NCBI GenBank assembly: GCA_964631045.1 | Contig: CAZVWB010000021.1 | Location: forward strand, 1-64,000 | Direction: 5' to 3' | Source: an uncultured Planctomycetales bacterium | GTDB lineage: Bacteria; Planctomycetota; Phycisphaerae; UBA1845; Fen-1342 | DNA length: 64,000 nt | Shown here: positions 60,634-64,000 of the stretch, one piece after another | How positions within the stretch are numbered: position 1 is the first letter of the stretch | Layout: the number at the start of each line of letters is the position of its first letter | The notes under the pieces: model-generated | Seen by the model: the letters and a program-made list of their open reading frames with translations, nothing else | The model's database searches: none | Told to the model about the DNA's origin: nothing | Made by a program: the position numbers and the translations under genes

Positions 60634-61878
60634 ATGCGGCGATTGCTGATTGCGTGTCTGGGGCTGGGCTGCACGATGGCGGCGACGGCCTCCGCGCAAG
60701 AAACGCCGGCGACTTCGCCGGTCGGCCAGCCGCCGCCGGCAGCCCCGCTCGCGCCGCCCCCGTCCTCGCCGATCACGCCGCCGCCGGGCGACCCATCCGA
60801 GACGCCGACGGCTGCTCCGCAGCCGGCCAGCATGCCGAGCGGCGGTCCGCAGATATCGATTCCGGCGGCGCTCGAACGGATCAAGGAGTACATCGCCGCC
60901 GGGCGGATCGATCTGGCCACGCAGGGGCTTGAGACGGTTCTGCGGATCGATAAGGACAACTTCGACGCCCGCCTGTTGCTGGCGAAGATGCTGGAAACAA
61001 AGCAGGACTTCATGGGGGCCCGTTCCCTGTATCGCGAGTTGGCGCCGATTCAGCCCAACAACTTCGACGTGAACCTCGGGCTGGGTCGCATTTACGTCGC
61101 GCAGCAGTATTGGCGGCAGGCGCCGCGTTACCTCGAAGCGGCCGATCGCGTCGCGCGGCCCGAACAGCAGGCGACCGTGAAGATGCTGCTCGCCGCCGCC
61201 TATCGCGGCGCCGGGCAACTGCAATTGGCGCTGGCCGCCGCCGAGGCCGCAGTAAAGGCCGAGCCGCAGAACTACGACGCCCGCGCGGCGCTACTGGGCG
61301 TGCGGCTGGACATGAAGCAGGTGGAAGCCGCCGCGGAGGAGTCCCGCGTTCTGATCGAGATCGCGGCGCGGCAGGTCGAGTCTTCCCCCGGATCGGCGGA
61401 GCCGCTGAACCGTCTGCTGCGGGCGCATGAGGCGCTGGTCGAAGTGCTGCGGCAGAACTTCGCCTCGTTTTACGAGACCGCACCCGACGGCAGCGCGACC
61501 GACAAGCTGCGCACGGGGATGGAGTCTGGCGCCGCGGCCCAACTGAAGCAGATCGTGGATTCGATGACCAAGATGGCCGAACTGCGGCAGCGTCTGGCTT
61601 ACTTCGACGCGCTTGTTTTCGCGCAGCGCGCCTCGCAGCTCGCCCCGCGCGATCCGGCCATCCTGATGACCGAAGCGGCGCTGCTGCTGAGCACGAATCA
61701 GACGGAAAAGGCCATCCAGCGCTGCCAGCAGATTCTGGAAATCCAACCGGACCACGCGGAAGCGATCCGCGTGCTCTCTCACCTTCAAGCCCCGATGACG
61801 TCGCAACCCGCCGGACCCGACGCGGCCGCCGCCGCGGGATCGCCGTCGCCGCGCAGCGCGCCGGGTTCTGCCCCGTAA
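60634..61878 (+). CDS. secreted TPR-repeat protein
   Basis: Signal peptide MRRLLIACLGLGCTMAATASAQ, a Pro-rich linker, then several TPR-like helical repeats. Confidence 0.72.
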   Translation: MRRLLIACLGLGCTMAATASAQETPATSPVGQPPPAAPLAPPPSSPITPPPGDPSETPTAAPQPASMPSGGPQISIPAALERIKEYIAAGRIDLATQGLETVLRIDKDNFDARLLLAKMLETKQDFMGARSLYRELAPIQPNNFDVNLGLGRIYVAQQYWRQAPRYLEAADRVARPEQQATVKMLLAAAYRGAGQLQLALAAAEAAVKAEPQNYDARAALLGVRLDMKQVEAAAEESRVLIEIAARQVESSPGSAEPLNRLLRAHEALVEVLRQNFASFYETAPDGSATDKLRTGMESGAAAQLKQIVDSMTKMAELRQRLAYFDALVFAQRASQLAPRDPAILMTEAALLLSTNQTEKAIQRCQQILEIQPDHAEAIRVLSHLQAPMTSQPAGPDAAAAAGSPSPRSAPGSAP

Positions 61879-62151
61879 CTTCGCGACCGGCGTTCCTCTC
61901 CCGCATACCGTCCAACTCGTTCGCGAATCACGAACTTCGTGCTGAATGCTCGCGCGCGCCGGCCCGGTTTCGGGTCGCGTCCGGTATGGGCTGTGCGCCG
62001 GCGGACCTTATCGGGTAGCGGGGGGCGGCAGCGTCCCAGATTCAAGCGGCAGACGCGCCCCGATGCGGGCGGCGCCGCGCGCGCCGAACGCGGGGCATGC
62101 GATATTCGATACTTCCCAGCGTATAGGGGACATCCTCAGAAGGGACGCGAC

Positions 62152-63996
62152 GTGAATCCAGCCGTGAGTGCAACATCCGAGAAAGTCGCGCCGACAGCGC
62201 CGCGCAGCCCCGGCGACCTGCTGGGCCCGTTCGGCGTCCTGGTCGTCGCGATGCTCCTGGCCGCACTCACGATCGCAACGCTGCTTCTGATGACCGTGCT
62301 GCATCGCCGGATGCACGAACGCGTCGTCGGCGGCTCGCCGGCGCTCATGAACGTCCTCGCGGATGCCGTCCGCGAGCCGCTGCGGGCGCGATCGACCGAA
62401 CAACTCATGCGCGTCGCCGGCGACATGACGCGCATCCCGCAGGTGCACCACTGCCGCATCACCCCCGCGGCGCGGGCGGATCAACAACCTCAGAGCATCG
62501 TCGCGGCGCAGCCCGACCAGACCGAGGCAGCGCTGATTCATCTGAAGGCGCCGGTGCGCGACGTGGACGGCGCGCTGCTGGGGGAACTGGAAGTGGCCTA
62601 CGGTCCGGGCGAGGTTCCGGGCATGGCGGCCGTTTTCTGGACCGCCAGCGGCAGCGTGGCCGTCGCGGCGCTCGGGTTCTTCGCGCTGCTGTACCGCGGG
62701 TTCTGCCGCCGCGTACGGCCGATCGCGCACGTGCGAGACAATCTCCTGGCGTACCACACCGGGCAGGAGCGCTCGCTCGATCTGCTGGCCGTCCATGACG
62801 GGCAGGCCCAGGTCGCCAGCGCGTGGAACGAGCTGATCGGCTTCGTGCGCAACTTGCAGAGCGAGGTGGACGACTTCCGCTCGCGCGAAGCGATCGCCGG
62901 TTCGGCGCATCTGTTCCAGTCGCAGGGATCGCGCGAGGTGCTCGACGCGCTGCCGGTCGGCGTGCTGCGCGTCGACGCCGACCGGCGTCTGGACTACTGC
63001 AACACCGCCGCGGCGCAACTGCTGCAGCTCTCCTGCGCCACGCCGGGCCTGGCGCTGGCCGACGCCGGGTTGACCACGGCGCTGCAGGAGTCGTTGCGGT
63101 CGCTGCGAAGCGCCGCGCTGGGCGCATCGTGCGACGTGCGGCTCGATTGCGGCGGGGGCGGCTACTCGATGTTGCGGCTGACGCGCGTCGCGGCGGACAC
63201 AGGGGACGACAGCCAGACGATCATGGTTCAGGACGTAAGCCAGATTCACGAGGCGGAGCGCACGCGCGAGGAGTTCCTGGATCACATTACGCACGAGCTG
63301 CGCACGCCGCTGACCAACATCCGCGCCTACACCGAGACGCTGGGCGAAGACTTCTTCGACGACGCGCAGACGCGGCGCGAGTGCTACAACGTGATCATGG
63401 GCGAGACGCGGCGGCTCTCGAAGCTGATCGAAGACGTGCTGAGCGCGTCGCAGATCGAGGCGGGCGCGGCGCGGCTCGACAAGTCGCCGGTGCGGATCGA
63501 TCAATCCCTGCGCCAGGCGGTGCAGGAGACCCAGGCCGCGGCGACGGCGAAGCAGCTCGACCTGGCGCTGAAGATTCCGACGAAGGTGCCGCTGGTGATC
63601 GGCGACCGCCATCGCCTGCACCAGGTCTGGACCAACCTGATCGGCAACGCCATCAAGTACACGCCCGCGGGCGGCTCCGTGACCGTGGACGTGTCGACGG
63701 AGGCCAACGTCCTGCGGGTGCGCGTCTCGGACAGCGGAATCGGGATCGCGCCCGAGGCCCACGAACGGATTTTCGAGAAATTCTATCGCGTGACCGACCC
63801 GGCCGTGCAGGCCGAAGAGGGCACCGGCCTGGGACTGGCCATCGCGCGCGACATCGTGCGCATCCACGGCGGCACGATCCGCGTGGAGAGCGCGGTCGGC
63901 CGCGGGTCGACATTCAGCGTCGAACTGCCGGTGGCGCGGGCCGTAAGCCGCGAGGAACGGGGGGAGCCGACCGATGGCGTGCATCATCATCGCTGA
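62152..63996 (+). CDS. membrane sensor histidine kinase (HisKA + HATPase_c)
   Basis: H-box HITHELRTPL. N, G1 and G2 boxes present (GNAIKYT, DSGIGI, GTGLGLAI). GTG at 62152. Confidence 0.85.
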   Translation: MNPAVSATSEKVAPTAPRSPGDLLGPFGVLVVAMLLAALTIATLLLMTVLHRRMHERVVGGSPALMNVLADAVREPLRARSTEQLMRVAGDMTRIPQVHHCRITPAARADQQPQSIVAAQPDQTEAALIHLKAPVRDVDGALLGELEVAYGPGEVPGMAAVFWTASGSVAVAALGFFALLYRGFCRRVRPIAHVRDNLLAYHTGQERSLDLLAVHDGQAQVASAWNELIGFVRNLQSEVDDFRSREAIAGSAHLFQSQGSREVLDALPVGVLRVDADRRLDYCNTAAAQLLQLSCATPGLALADAGLTTALQESLRSLRSAALGASCDVRLDCGGGGYSMLRLTRVAADTGDDSQTIMVQDVSQIHEAERTREEFLDHITHELRTPLTNIRAYTETLGEDFFDDAQTRRECYNVIMGETRRLSKLIEDVLSASQIEAGAARLDKSPVRIDQSLRQAVQETQAAATAKQLDLALKIPTKVPLVIGDRHRLHQVWTNLIGNAIKYTPAGGSVTVDVSTEANVLRVRVSDSGIGIAPEAHERIFEKFYRVTDPAVQAEEGTGLGLAIARDIVRIHGGTIRVESAVGRGSTFSVELPVARAVSREERGEPTDGVHHHR

Positions 63997-64000
63997 GGAC
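63974..64000 (+). CDS. probable response regulator, first 9 codons only (gene runs off the window end)
   Basis: ATG at 63974 reading MACIIIAED, a typical receiver-domain start, overlapping the kinase 3' end. Too short to be sure. Confidence 0.3.

Overview
This is a high-GC (roughly 68-70%) chromosomal window that is gene-dense on both strands. Several markers point to a Planctomycetota or other PVC-type genome: a DUF1559 prepilin-like protein, a DUF1573 protein, an ECF sigma factor paired with a Ser/Thr kinase, an Hc1-type histone-like protein, and a dockerin-tailed repeat protein. Core content: a pstSCAB phosphate transporter operon on the minus strand with no phoU; a diverging, contiguous nuoG-H-I-J-K-L-M-N block on the plus strand with no nuoA-F upstream; dcd, tal, tpiA-secG, yicC, tatD, der, thpR, deoC and a two-domain QueD/PTPS gene; one tRNA; and many secreted or lipoprotein genes. 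I found no transposase, integrase or CRISPR array. Translationally coupled 4-nt start/stop overlaps (ATGA or GTGA) recur at pstA/pstB, secreted protein/GlcF-like, 695-aa protein/lipoprotein, tatD/epimerase and sigma/kinase junctions. Non-coding structure worth attention: (i) a dispersed family of perfect GC-rich palindromes (GGGTGGGGCGGGCA-TTC-TGCCCGCCCCACCC) at five intergenic loci, including a 5-copy tandem array between nuoL and nuoM; (ii) a second shared palindromic motif (CACCGGTTGGAAACCGGGGCCAC) at two loci; (iii) a candidate ~325-nt sRNA with a near-consensus sigma70 promoter and a textbook intrinsic terminator, just upstream of the tRNA; (iv) a MITE-like element with heptamer microsatellite ends. 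Protein-level oddities: a half-size single-NBD UvrA; a secreted caspase(C14)-ankyrin fusion; a three-gene secreted/lipoprotein operon of unknown function next to an SPFH gene; an ECF sigma/anti-sigma pair beside a large dockerin-tailed beta-propeller repeat protein; and a DUF1573-MauE/DoxX operon. All calls come from reading the translated ORFs and the DNA by eye, with no database search. Start codons are approximate.
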